This document shows positions 1 to 9,935 of a DNA stretch of 64,000 bases, in pieces (position 1 is the first letter of the stretch; each line of letters begins with the position of its first letter). Origin of the DNA: an uncultured bacterium. Lineage in GTDB: Bacteria > Cloacimonadota > Cloacimonadia > Cloacimonadales > TCS61. The notes under the pieces are model-generated. The model did not search any database, was not told the origin of the DNA, and was given only the letters and a program-made list of their open reading frames with translations. The position numbers were made by a program, and so were the translations under genes. The stretch lies in the NCBI GenBank assembly GCA_965370415.1, contig CBDUTJ010000013.1, positions 2,030 through 66,029 on the forward strand, written 5' to 3'.

Positions 1-598
1 CAATTGGAGAAGAGTATTTTATATTTATAGTTTCAATTGATTGTGCTTTATCTATTAAATCACTTAAATAATCTAATTTCTGTTCTTCTTCAATTAATGC
101 CAAGTTGACAATGTAAAATTGTAGACGATTAATTTCACTAAGATTTTGATTATTTGCCTGAGAACGGATGTATCCAATTGCTGCTTGATTATTGTTAAAT
201 GCAATATTTACTAAAATTTTGAAAGCAGAGATTCTTAAGAATTTATCAATATCATTTTTATACACGTAAATATAAAAATCTACAATTTTATCAATTTCTT
301 GATCAGTTTCGTCATAATAATAAAAACTTACAATAGAGCTTCTTGTCTCTGACTCTCGTTGCGGTTTAATATTACCTTTGATATCTCTTTGGAGAAATTT
401 TTTATAGTCACTGATTAGTTTTTCTTTTTCATTTTTCCACCTATACATTGTTCCTTGTTTATTTTCAGGTTCCATTATATTATCCTTGTTCTTTGCCATA
501 CTTTGTTTAAACCAAGAACCCAATTCCTCATTATCAGCAATTAGAGTTATTAAGTGTGTTAGAAAAAATATCAATAAAACAAATTGCATTTTTTTCAT
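1..598 (-). CDS. hypothetical secreted protein; 3' end runs off the window
   Basis: Absent from the supplied ORF track because there is no stop inside the window. Manual translation from ATG (598-596, GGGGA upstream) gives MKKMQFVLLIFFLTHLITLIADNEELGSWFKQ..., open to position 1. The N-terminus is hydrophobic and signal-like. Confidence 0.45.
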   Translation of the reverse strand, partial: MKKMQFVLLIFFLTHLITLIADNEELGSWFKQSMAKNKDNIMEPENKQGTMYRWKNEKEKLISDYKKFLQRDIKGNIKPQRESETRSSIVSFYYYDETDQEIDKIVDFYIYVYKNDIDKFLRISAFKILVNIAFNNNQAAIGYIRSQANNQNLSEINRLQFYIVNLALIEEEQKLDYLSDLIDKAQSIETINIKYSSPI

Positions 599-691
599 TT
601 TAATAATCCCCTACTATGTCTAAAGTATTAGGGTGTATAATGTTCCGTGTATGCTGTGGGATTCTACAGATACACCTGTTAGCAGCTTTTT

Positions 692-3487
692 TCATTTCAA
701 CAACAAACATTTTTTCACTGCTTCAGTTTTGCCATTCACTTTCAATTTGTATAGATAAACACCTGAACTTATTGACTTACCTGATTCATCAATACCATTC
801 CATATAATTGAATACGAACCTTTTGTAAATTCATTTTGAGCTAAAGTTTTGATTTTCTGACCTTTGATATTGTAAACTACAAGTTCAATTTTAGAATTAT
901 TTTGGATAGAGAACTCAATTGTCGTTGTTGGATTGAAAGGATTTGGATAATTAGATAATTGAATATCATCAATTGAAGATTGGATGTTATCGATAACTAT
1001 TCCAATGGATTGTTCATAATAAAATGCTCCCATATCGGCAAATGTTCCGTCGGGATCGGGAGGTGAATTTGGGTCTCCGGCGTCGATACAGGGAGACATT
1101 GTAGAATCGGGAATTGGAAAATTAGCCCAGGTTAGATGGAAATCTCCATTTTGGGGATCTGCAAATAAAGGATTATCATCAATGTTACCTTCTCCTTCCC
1201 AACCTCCTTGGATATCAGAGAATGATACCTGAACTGATGAATTTGATGAAAGATAGATTTCGTCAGGTGAATCATTCCATAAAATACAATTCTGAAAATA
1301 TGGATCTGAAAAAAAACAATATATTCCACCACCATCAGAACCAGCAGAATTTTCACTTATCGTTGTATTTATAAATTCAGGATAAGAAAATTTACCGCAA
1401 TAAATACCTCCTCCGAAATTATCTGCAGAATTATTCGTAACCGATACTTTTTCAAAAGTAGGACTGGAATTACTAAGATAAATTCCACCACCATTTGAAG
1501 CAAAGCCGTTAATAATTCTCAAATTCTTAATTGTAGATTCTGTCAGATTAGTGATCGTAAATACACGATTTTGATGATTAGCATCTAAAATAGTCTCTCC
1601 ATTTTCCGCACCAATAATGGAAACATAATTTGTCGCGCAATGAATTTGTATCGGAAAAGATTCACCATTGGTAGATGAACTGTAAGTTCCAGCTGAAATA
1701 AATATTGAATGAGTTTGTAAACTGTCGGCATAGATCATATCGATGGCAAATTGTATTGTCTGTAAAGGATCATCCGGTGTAAGACCGGAATTTGAATTAT
1801 CACCATCTACCGCCACATAAAGGTCACTGTTTACTTGATTGTATCCATAAGCATGTAGAATATTAAAAGAAAAATTATCGATCGGATACGCATGGATTTC
1901 AGTCGGGTAATACACTGTGAAAGTATCGACAGAGACATAAATTATATTAGAATAAACATATTCAAAATATAGGTCATTTCCAAGATTGTTTGATGATGTA
2001 TTTGAGTAAATATTACAACGATTGTTATCGTCAAAATTAATATCCTCTCCAACCCAATATATACCACCACCAGTACCTGCATTATTATCTTTAATAGTAA
2101 CATTTGATAAATATATACTATTAGGATACCCGCAACCACTGGCAATTCCACCACCGGCATATCCTACTGAATTATCAGAAATGATAACATTAGTTAAATG
2201 CGGATGAGAATTTGATTCTTCGCAGAATATCCCTCCACCTTTATAAGATTCGTAATTATCGGTAAGAGTGATATTATTAAAACTCGGACTACTATACATA
2301 TCACAGAAAATTCCACCACCTCTTCTGGCATTACCATTCCTGATTGTAAGATTTTCTACTACTATCGAATCATATTCTTTCGGACAATGTAAAATTCGAT
2401 TTGATTCTTCACCGTCTAAAATAGTGAATCCCTGTTCTTCTCCCTGAATAGAAATATAATTTTTGCAAATTAGGGGATAGAATTCACCTGTTTGGGAAGG
2501 AGAATATGTCCCGTTCGCTATATGAATTGTATAAGATTCTTCATTAATGGATTCAATTTTCAATAAAGCATAATTGATTGAAAGAAGCGGGTCATCTGCG
2601 GTTAAACCGGTGTTGTCATTAGAACCCGTATGACTTACATACAAATCTTCATTTACCGGTTCAAATTTTGAATTTAAAATATCATAAGTGAAATTTCCCG
2701 TCGGATATGCAAAATAATCGGTTGGTTCTGAAACTGTGAAAGTATCGACTATGACATTTATTATTGGGCAATTATAATAAGCATTTAAATCGGTGCCTGA
2801 AGGTGCTGAATTTAAAAAGATATTACACCGATTTTCCGGATCAAAAATTAAATTAGAATTATCATAGCAGTAAATTCCTCCTCCTGTAGATTTGATAGCA
2901 ATATTTCTGCTTATGGTAACATTTTCTAAATTTATTATGGAATTATCATGACAATAGATACCACCACCAGAGTAACCTGTTGTGTTTTCAATGATGATAA
3001 CATCTTTTAAATATGGACAGGATTCTTTACAGAAAATACCGCCACCATCAAATCTTGCAGAATTTCCTTTGATTATAATATTTTGCAAAGTCGGATTAGA
3101 GTATTTCATATATATCCCACCGCCTCTGCCGGAAGTTCCGGAAAGTGCTTGAGATTCTCCATTAGTAATTGTAAATCCACATAAAACGGTAGTAGATTCC
3201 TCAATGTATTCAATAATAACCACGCTTCCATCTTGATTCCCATCTATGATTGTCTGTGAAATGTAAGCTGTATCTTGGGTTGTAAGAAACAGTGAAGCAA
3301 CCGTAATATTCTTTCCATTGTAATCTATATTCTCAACATAATTTCCAGGTTGAACTAACACAGTATCGGCATCTATAGCTACATTAATACCGGCTTGTAT
3401 TGTTGGTTGCTCTGCTGGAATATTTATTATCAATGCTGATAAATACAAAACAGAAAATAATCCCCAAACTGTCATTAATATTTTCAC
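692..3487 (-). CDS. secreted right-handed parallel beta-helix repeat protein with T9SS C-terminal sorting domain
   Basis: 931-aa ORF with a GTG start preceded by AAAGGAGGAG. It has a signal-like N-terminus and many GGGIY/GGGIF beta-helix (Pmp-like) repeats arranged as two similar halves. The C-terminus is [17 protein letters not shown]...GVYLYKLKVNGKTEAVKKCLLLK. Confidence 0.85.
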   Translation of the reverse strand: MKILMTVWGLFSVLYLSALIINIPAEQPTIQAGINVAIDADTVLVQPGNYVENIDYNGKNITVASLFLTTQDTAYISQTIIDGNQDGSVVIIEYIEESTTVLCGFTITNGESQALSGTSGRGGGIYMKYSNPTLQNIIIKGNSARFDGGGIFCKESCPYLKDVIIIENTTGYSGGGIYCHDNSIINLENVTISRNIAIKSTGGGIYCYDNSNLIFDPENRCNIFLNSAPSGTDLNAYYNCPIINVIVDTFTVSEPTDYFAYPTGNFTYDILNSKFEPVNEDLYVSHTGSNDNTGLTADDPLLSINYALLKIESINEESYTIHIANGTYSPSQTGEFYPLICKNYISIQGEEQGFTILDGEESNRILHCPKEYDSIVVENLTIRNGNARRGGGIFCDMYSSPSFNNITLTDNYESYKGGGIFCEESNSHPHLTNVIISDNSVGYAGGGIASGCGYPNSIYLSNVTIKDNNAGTGGGIYWVGEDINFDDNNRCNIYSNTSSNNLGNDLYFEYVYSNIIYVSVDTFTVYYPTEIHAYPIDNFSFNILHAYGYNQVNSDLYVAVDGDNSNSGLTPDDPLQTIQFAIDMIYADSLQTHSIFISAGTYSSSTNGESFPIQIHCATNYVSIIGAENGETILDANHQNRVFTITNLTESTIKNLRIINGFASNGGGIYLSNSSPTFEKVSVTNNSADNFGGGIYCGKFSYPEFINTTISENSAGSDGGGIYCFFSDPYFQNCILWNDSPDEIYLSSNSSVQVSFSDIQGGWEGEGNIDDNPLFADPQNGDFHLTWANFPIPDSTMSPCIDAGDPNSPPDPDGTFADMGAFYYEQSIGIVIDNIQSSIDDIQLSNYPNPFNPTTTIEFSIQNNSKIELVVYNIKGQKIKTLAQNEFTKGSYSIIWNGIDESGKSISSGVYLYKLKVNGKTEAVKKCLLLK

Positions 3488-3501
3488 TTTCTCCTCCTTT
3501 T

Positions 3502-3589
3502 AAAGTTGCTGCTAATGTTTGGCAGCTGCCACGCTCTACCTGCTTTTCTTCTTGCTTGGCTGTGGAGCTGTTTGTTAGCAGCATCTTTC
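3502..3589 (-). repeat. intercistronic long hairpin, short form (copy S1)
   Basis: GCTGCTAA...TTAGCAGC outer stem and CAGCTGCCAC...GTGG-AGCTG inner stem. It sits between the stop of the 3590 gene and the RBS of the 692 gene. Related copies lie at 5842, 9851 and 11903. Confidence 0.65.
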
Positions 3590-5827
3590 TCATTTCAGTA
3601 GCAAACACTTTTTTACTGCTTCGGTTTTACCATTCACATTTAATTTATAAAAATACAAACCTGAACTTACTGAATTTCCCGATTCATCATCACCATTCCA
3701 GAGAATTGAATGAGTACCTTTATCAAATTCATTGTTAGCTAGATTTTTAATTTTCTGTCCTTTAATATTAAAAATTGAAATATCAATATCAGAATCATTT
3801 TGAATCGAAAATTCAATTGTTGTTGTGGGATTGAAGGGATTGGGAAAATTATATAATTGATAATTTTGAATTAAAGCAATTTCTTCATCTATTATGCTTA
3901 TTCCATTTTCGTTATAGGCAACTAAACCACCTCCTCCAGTATAATTGGTAGCAGTAATCCACTTAGTTCCATCCTCATCAATTACAACATTTTTAACATA
4001 ATCTGCAGGCATACCAGAATTAGAATTATCATAAAAAGTCCAATCATTACCATCAAAACGAACTAAACCACTGTACATTGTACCAAGCCATTTTGTTTGG
4101 TTTTCATCAATTGCTATAGAAAAAACACAATTATCAGGTAATCCAGAGTTATTTGTATTATAAATGGTCCAATTCGTACCATCAAAATGTACCAGACCTT
4201 CATATTGGGTACCAATCCATAATGTGTTATTAATATCTATGGTTATTGATTTTATAGTGTTATCTGGTAATCCGGAATTATTAGTATTATACACTGTCCA
4301 GTTTATGTTGTCAAAACATGCTAATCCCCCTTGATTAGTTCCAATCCATTTTTTCCCATCAGCATCAATTGCGATACAGTTGACTCCATCAGAAGGAAGT
4401 CCTGAATTAATTGTATTATACAAAGTCCAATTTGAACTATCAATACTTATTACACCTCCACGCTGATCAAAGCCCATAGAGTGCATGCCAACCCATTTTG
4501 TATTATCCGATTCAATTACAATACATTTAATATTTTTAGATGTAAGAGCAGAATTTTCGTAATCATATACTGTCCATTCAGAGCCATCAAATTTAATTAA
4601 ACCATAAAAAAGGGCTCCAAACCATTTCGTACCATTATTTTCACAAGCTATTGCACGAATATCATCCTTAGTTAGAGGTGTATTAGAAGTTGTATAAACA
4701 GTCCATTCCGTTCCATCAAATCTTGCAAATCCATTATTTGTTCCAATCCATTTTGAATTATCAATATCAATTGCAAGAGCTGTAGGATGGTTGTTTGGCA
4801 TTTCTGAATTACTTGTTTCGTGTATAAACCAATTAATATCATCGAAACTACTTAATCCTCCAGTATGTTGCCATGTTATATTTCCAATCCACTTTGTGTT
4901 ATATTCATCAATTATTATTGATTCAACCGTATTACTCGGAAGATCTGAATTTTCAACATTGTACACTATCCAGTTTGAACCATCAAAACTTACCAGACCA
5001 AAGTGTTCAGCCCCAATCCATTTTTTTTCATTCTGATCTATTGCAATTGAATTAACAACGACAGATGGAAGCCCTGAATTTGTAGTATTATATATTGTCC
5101 AAATATTATCATCAAAGGTTGCTAATCCACCATAGTGTGTTCCAATCCATTTTGTTCCAATTGAATCAATTACTATTGAAGATATATAATTTGCAGGCAA
5201 TCCAGAATTGTCAACAGTGTAAATAATCCAATCTAATCCATCAAAACAAGCTAAACCTCCGTTCATATTTTCAAAACCGTGAGTTCCAATCCATATCCTG
5301 CCATCCTGCTCAAAAACAACTGGTCCCACATTATTAGCTGGTATTGGTGAGTTATATGTATTATAAAAAACCCAATCATTATCATCAAAAACGACTAAAC
5401 CATCTAATCGGGTACCAATCCATTTTTTGCCATCCTCATCAATTGTAATAGAATTAATCTGATTATATGTTAGGGGTGTATTTTCACTATTATATACAGT
5501 CCAGTTCGTTCCATCAAAACTTGATAAACCGCCATAATTGGAAGTGACGCTGTTGCCAATCCACTTAGTTCCGTTCTCATCAATAGCAATACAAGAAATA
5601 CTATTAAAGGGCAGACCTGAATTAGCACTATTGTAGAATTCAATTTCTTCTGTCTCCATATTGAGTTTAACGAGCCCACCTTCTGTTCCAATCCAATTGA
5701 TATTTCCTTCAATTGCCTGACAAGTAACATTATCACCATTGGTGTATTGTACCCATTCTGAGTTTTGAGCTGACAATGAAAAGGATATTAGGATAATAAA
5801 ATAAAATAATAACCTGATCTTTAACAT
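3590..5827 (-). CDS. secreted beta-propeller protein (two-component-regulator-propeller-like repeats) with T9SS sorting domain
   Basis: About 14 repeats of the pattern WIGT..GGL..FDG..WT.Y...NS.LP.N.V..I.ID. C-terminus NFPNPFNPTTTIEFSIQ...KKCLLLK. Start moved to the ATG at 5827 (MLKIRLL...), which has GGAGGA upstream; the track start at 5839 is a TTG inside that RBS. Confidence 0.85.
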   Translation of the reverse strand: MLKIRLLFYFIILISFSLSAQNSEWVQYTNGDNVTCQAIEGNINWIGTEGGLVKLNMETEEIEFYNSANSGLPFNSISCIAIDENGTKWIGNSVTSNYGGLSSFDGTNWTVYNSENTPLTYNQINSITIDEDGKKWIGTRLDGLVVFDDNDWVFYNTYNSPIPANNVGPVVFEQDGRIWIGTHGFENMNGGLACFDGLDWIIYTVDNSGLPANYISSIVIDSIGTKWIGTHYGGLATFDDNIWTIYNTTNSGLPSVVVNSIAIDQNEKKWIGAEHFGLVSFDGSNWIVYNVENSDLPSNTVESIIIDEYNTKWIGNITWQHTGGLSSFDDINWFIHETSNSEMPNNHPTALAIDIDNSKWIGTNNGFARFDGTEWTVYTTSNTPLTKDDIRAIACENNGTKWFGALFYGLIKFDGSEWTVYDYENSALTSKNIKCIVIESDNTKWVGMHSMGFDQRGGVISIDSSNWTLYNTINSGLPSDGVNCIAIDADGKKWIGTNQGGLACFDNINWTVYNTNNSGLPDNTIKSITIDINNTLWIGTQYEGLVHFDGTNWTIYNTNNSGLPDNCVFSIAIDENQTKWLGTMYSGLVRFDGNDWTFYDNSNSGMPADYVKNVVIDEDGTKWITATNYTGGGGLVAYNENGISIIDEEIALIQNYQLYNFPNPFNPTTTIEFSIQNDSDIDISIFNIKGQKIKNLANNEFDKGTHSILWNGDDESGNSVSSGLYFYKLNVNGKTEAVKKCLLLK

Positions 5828-5841
5828 TTTATCCTCCAAAA

Positions 5842-6146
5842 GTTGCTGCTAACGGCGGCGTGCCACGTCATCTTGCCATGAGCATTGGATATGATTTTTC
5901 ATATCCTGATGCGATTAGTAAGATGATAAAAGACGAGCAAATCAAAGTCGAGGGTTGCTGATTTGCAAGTCCCCGTGGACGTAGTATTAAACGATATTCC
6001 GCTTCGATACGGTTGCGAGTCTTTTTTAGTGGCACGCCGCCGTTAATCAACATGGAGCGAAGCGGAATGTTGATTAATGGTTGGCAGCTGCCACGCTCTA
6101 CTTGCATTTCTTCTTTGTTGGCTGTGGAGCTGTTTTTTAGCAGCAT
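5842..6146 (-). repeat. intercistronic long hairpin, long form (copy L1) carrying a nested insertion
   Basis: Same outer arms as S1 (GCTGCTAA / TTAGCAGC, CAGCTGCCAC / GTGGAGCTG), but about 225 nt are inserted between GCTGCTAA and TGGTTGGCAGCTGCC. Confidence 0.65.
5853..6077 (-). ncRNA. candidate structured RNA / MITE-like element (copy 1), unclassified
   Basis: 14-bp closing helix CGGCGGCGTGCCAC (5853-5866) / GTGGCACGCCGCCG (6029-6042). Internal hairpins GGATATGA/TCATATCC and GCAAATCA/TGATTTGC. Terminal hairpin TTAATCAACAT...ATGTTGATTAA (6043-6077), whose loop CGAAGCGGAA complements TTCCGCTTCG (5997-6006). A second copy at 11914 shows compensatory changes. Confidence 0.55.
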
Positions 6147-6151
6147 CTTTC

Positions 6152-8287
6152 TTATTTCAATAATAGACATTTCTTAACGGCTTCAGTTTTTCCATTTACA
6201 TTCAATTTGTAGAAATAGATTCCTGAACCGACTCGCTTATCATTAGAGTCCTTGCCATTCCAGATTACTGAATGATGTCCTACTGATAGTTGATCGCTGA
6301 TAAGTGTTTTCACTTTCTGCCCTTTGATGTTGTAAATGTCGAGAGTCACAAACGAGGATCCGTCTGAGCCGGACATAGCGTTTTGTGTTACAAAAAAGCT
6401 GATAATTGTAGACGGATTGAAAGGATTGGGATAGTTATGCAGGTCTGGTTCCCATGGAATAATCTCATTTTCGTCGGATTCCAATAATCCATCTAAAGAT
6501 ATCACAGCAAAACCACTTCTACTATTACTTGTAAGTAGATTGTCATCAACTAATATCATCTTAATAATTCGTCTGCAGCCACGATAATTATTCACTAAAA
6601 TAGGTGTAGTGGGATTTGAAATGTCATAGATAAACAACTCATTCCAACTTGCATCAGCAATTATTAGATCATTACCGTCTATTATAACCGGAGCAGTAAA
6701 TTCAGAATCTTCATGAGGTTGAATAGAAGTAATAAACATAATGGAAGCAGGATTTGATATATCCAATAAGATAACTCCACTTTCAGCGGAAACATAAAGA
6801 ATATTATCATTTATTTTCATCCCACCCACAAATCCGTCGATAGAATAAAACTCAACCAACTCTGGAATTTCCGGATTTGTGAGATCGATTATTTTGATTC
6901 CCTGCTGAAAGATTGCATAATATACATACCCGTTTTTTGCTTCCTCAGCCGTTTTCAAACCAAAATCATAATATCCGCTGATTTCAGATATTTCAAAAGG
7001 ATTGTCGATTGAATAGAACTTAATCTCAGCAGAGTCAAATTCAATGAGGATATCTTCCATAGTCAATAATTTATCGCCACCTGGAATTGATTCAAATGTG
7101 CTCAGTAATTCAGGTTCAAGAGGATTGGATAAATCATAAGAATAGATATTAATCCAATCTTTTGCAAACAAAACATCATTCCATAATGTAAAACTATAAA
7201 TATCATCTTCAGCATTGGGAAACTGAAGATATGTTGGTTCTTCCAAGTCCGAAAGATCAACTATGCCAGCCATTTCATTGTGATCATAACTAATATACAC
7301 AGCATTCTCATATAAATCCATATCTGCTGGAACGGATAGCAAATTACAACTGCCAATGCATTTTTCTTCTAAGGGATTAGAAAAATCTAATATTTGCATT
7401 CCTTCCCATCTTGTAATATCAAAAGCAATCTCATCAGAAACTATAAAGCCTTCAATAATTGCCCAGCTATCATACATTCCCAATGGATAAAGTTCAAAAT
7501 TTTCGGAAATCTGATATACATCGATTCCTGAACCATGCGAATATAGTATATTTTCTTCTACAACAAGTGGCATGCCAACCCCTTCTTGAGATGATAACTG
7601 TAACGGTTCCAAAGGATTGCTGAGATCAAATATATTTAGGCAATTTTGTTCTGCGTTTATATATAATTGTTCTTCATTTATGATAAAATATTCTGAGTAT
7701 GACGGGAGTTGACCGACCTGTGTGATATTATTAATATCTTCAATATTGAATATGTTTAAACCACCTTCGAAATACTGAACATAAGCAGCAGGCCAAACAA
7801 CATCAATGAGAATCGACCTCCAAAACTCTTCGTAATGTGCTTCGATAATTGGTGATTGTGGATTGGATACATCTACAAAATATAGACCTCCCTGACCACA
7901 AGCAGCATATAACATCTCATTTTTCACTGAAAGTGAAACACACCAATCAATCACAGGAATCATAGAAAGATGAATAGGATTTTCGGGATTTGAGACGTCA
8001 AAAATATCAATACGACCACCACCACCTATGTAGGCAATATCATCCTGTACAACAAAATCCTGAGCTATGGAATACATATTCGTTGTTGAAATTAATTCCG
8101 GGTTTCCAGGATCGCTGACATTTAATATACTCATTATATTCAACTCTAATAAATACAAATTATCGCCAATTAATACTCCATCAACTGAGATATATTCAGC
8201 ATGATAGTGCCCAATTTTATGGAAAACTGCATCCATATTAGAAAAACAGGTAAGCAGAATAAAAATTAATATTGTTATTTTTTTCAT
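6152..8287 (-). CDS. secreted LVIVD-repeat beta-propeller protein with T9SS sorting domain
   Basis: Repeated (I/V)xD(V/L/I)SNPxxPxxL motifs, at least 9 times (IFDVSNPENPIHL, FVDVSNPQSPII, IYDISNPTTPILV...). C-terminus [14 protein letters not shown]...GIYFYKLNVNGKTEAVKKCLLLK. The ATG at 8287 is preferred (GAGG upstream). Confidence 0.8.
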   Translation of the reverse strand: MKKITILIFILLTCFSNMDAVFHKIGHYHAEYISVDGVLIGDNLYLLELNIMSILNVSDPGNPELISTTNMYSIAQDFVVQDDIAYIGGGGRIDIFDVSNPENPIHLSMIPVIDWCVSLSVKNEMLYAACGQGGLYFVDVSNPQSPIIEAHYEEFWRSILIDVVWPAAYVQYFEGGLNIFNIEDINNITQVGQLPSYSEYFIINEEQLYINAEQNCLNIFDLSNPLEPLQLSSQEGVGMPLVVEENILYSHGSGIDVYQISENFELYPLGMYDSWAIIEGFIVSDEIAFDITRWEGMQILDFSNPLEEKCIGSCNLLSVPADMDLYENAVYISYDHNEMAGIVDLSDLEEPTYLQFPNAEDDIYSFTLWNDVLFAKDWINIYSYDLSNPLEPELLSTFESIPGGDKLLTMEDILIEFDSAEIKFYSIDNPFEISEISGYYDFGLKTAEEAKNGYVYYAIFQQGIKIIDLTNPEIPELVEFYSIDGFVGGMKINDNILYVSAESGVILLDISNPASIMFITSIQPHEDSEFTAPVIIDGNDLIIADASWNELFIYDISNPTTPILVNNYRGCRRIIKMILVDDNLLTSNSRSGFAVISLDGLLESDENEIIPWEPDLHNYPNPFNPSTIISFFVTQNAMSGSDGSSFVTLDIYNIKGQKVKTLISDQLSVGHHSVIWNGKDSNDKRVGSGIYFYKLNVNGKTEAVKKCLLLK

Positions 8288-8429
8288 CTTTTTCCTCACT
8301 ATTTAAAGTTTAATTCATATGACCAGTGGTTGATTTTGATTTTCATAAGTCCTTATTTTTCAACCACTGTGTCATCTTGAACTAAACTGAAACAATGTCA
8401 TATGTGCCCTTTCCTGTAGTCATATGATA

Positions 8430-9737
8430 CTATTTCATTAACAGGCATTTCTTCATTGCAATTTTCTTGCCATTTACTTTTAATTGATAAAAGTAAATTC
8501 CGCTGGAAACAGGTTGGTTGTTTTCATCAGTTCCATCCCAAATAATTGAAGATTGAAGATTGAATATTGAATATTGTCTAATTTGTTGAGCCTTGAGATT
8601 ATAGATTATCAGTTCAGTGTTTTCGGTGTTTTCGGTGTTTAATTCAAATGAGATCGTGGTAGACGGATTGAAAGGATTAGGAAAATTATTTAATATAGTT
8701 GCATTTATTTCTGTTAATTCATTATTTGAAGCAGATGTTAAATTTGTTGCTAAAAACACACCTATATCTGTTCCAACCATAAAATTGTGGGTATATATTG
8801 GATAAAACTCAAAGCAATAAACATCATTAATGCCGAGTCCTGCCCCAATCGATTGAACTTGCCCCCATTCTTCAGGTTCAACCAAATATAATCCACCTCC
8901 ATCTTTACAGCCAACAACTAAAAACCCTTCATATTCATAAATTCTATTGGGATAATAAAGCATATTTATGGAAGTAAGACCTGTAATTTCCCCGTTTTCA
9001 TACTCTACTCTATAGACCATATTTACATATCCACCGTCACCACAGGCAAGATATACTTCATCACTATTAGGATAGTTACGAACATAGATGTCATTAATAA
9101 CAAGACCGACATAAAATGAGTTGAAACTTCCATCATTTTCAATATAGATATCATAGTCAGCAGCAACAAAGAGAGTTCCATCACCATTTTCTTCAACATC
9201 TGTAACTTGCATAGAATTAAAGAAATCTATCGTTGTCCATTCATCACCATTTGACGAATAGAGAAGTCCTCCCTCTATTGTATAACCATAACCATAATAA
9301 AAACCGGAAGATAGCTTTTTCACAAAATGAGGGAAAAAGTGCCAACCTATCAATTCAAATTCTTGTGTTGCAACATCAAATTCATATAAACCATCACTAT
9401 TGCTACCACAACCAAATGCACAAAAAATTCGATTATTTTGATTATCCGGAACAATTGAGACAGCTCCAAGATTAGATGCAAAATTGAAAATGTTTAAAGA
9501 ATCCTGGTTGGTAAAATAGGCTAATCCTCCATCCATTCCTGGTAAAGCAAAAAGTAAACCGTATTCGGAAATCCCCGGTATTGATGAGAATTTCATATCT
9601 GCAACAGGTCTATCGATCATTGGATACATTTCATCCCAATCTCTGATTTGGGAAAAGAGCGCTGAATGGAATAAACATAAGATTAGAATAATGAAATAGA
9701 TTATTCTTTTTTTAGACAAAAAATTACTTAACAGCAT
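8430..9737 (-). CDS. secreted hypothetical protein with T9SS sorting domain
   Basis: Signal/TM-like N-terminus. C-terminus NFPNPFNPSTTISFELNTENTENTELIIYNLKAQ...GIYFYQLKVNGKKIAMKKCLLMK. ATG at 9737 with GGAGG upstream. Confidence 0.75.
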   Translation of the reverse strand: MLLSNFLSKKRIIYFIILILCLFHSALFSQIRDWDEMYPMIDRPVADMKFSSIPGISEYGLLFALPGMDGGLAYFTNQDSLNIFNFASNLGAVSIVPDNQNNRIFCAFGCGSNSDGLYEFDVATQEFELIGWHFFPHFVKKLSSGFYYGYGYTIEGGLLYSSNGDEWTTIDFFNSMQVTDVEENGDGTLFVAADYDIYIENDGSFNSFYVGLVINDIYVRNYPNSDEVYLACGDGGYVNMVYRVEYENGEITGLTSINMLYYPNRIYEYEGFLVVGCKDGGGLYLVEPEEWGQVQSIGAGLGINDVYCFEFYPIYTHNFMVGTDIGVFLATNLTSASNNELTEINATILNNFPNPFNPSTTISFELNTENTENTELIIYNLKAQQIRQYSIFNLQSSIIWDGTDENNQPVSSGIYFYQLKVNGKKIAMKKCLLMK

Positions 9738-9850
9738 AATAGCCTCCATTCTTGGTTAAAAAAATTATTATATTTTTAAGTAGAAAAAATAAATATCTTA
9801 TTTCTACACCCTAATTACAATATTAATAATCTTCTATTTTAAACAACCAA

Positions 9851-9928
9851 GTTGCTGCTAATGTTTGGCAGCTGCCACGCACTTTCACTTTCTCTTCTTG
9901 CTTGGCTATGGAGCTGTTTGTTAGCAGC
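9851..9928 (-). repeat. intercistronic long hairpin, short form (copy S2)
   Basis: GTTGCTGCTAATGTTTGGCAGCTGCCACGC...GGCTATGGAGCTGTTTGTTAGCAGC, directly after the stop of the 9936 gene. One arm substitution (GTGG to ATGG) gives a C-A mismatch in plus sense but a G-U wobble in minus sense. Confidence 0.6.
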
Positions 9929-9935
9929 TTCCTTT

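Noticed and set aside
5868-6170. 100-aa minus-strand ORF (and ORFs 11876-12091 and 11921-12262) covering the nested intergenic element
   Set aside because: The two element copies do not conserve any reading frame; the copy-2 equivalent of the copy-1 frame hits stops after 9 codons. Their differences preserve base-pairing rather than amino acids. They are treated as non-coding.
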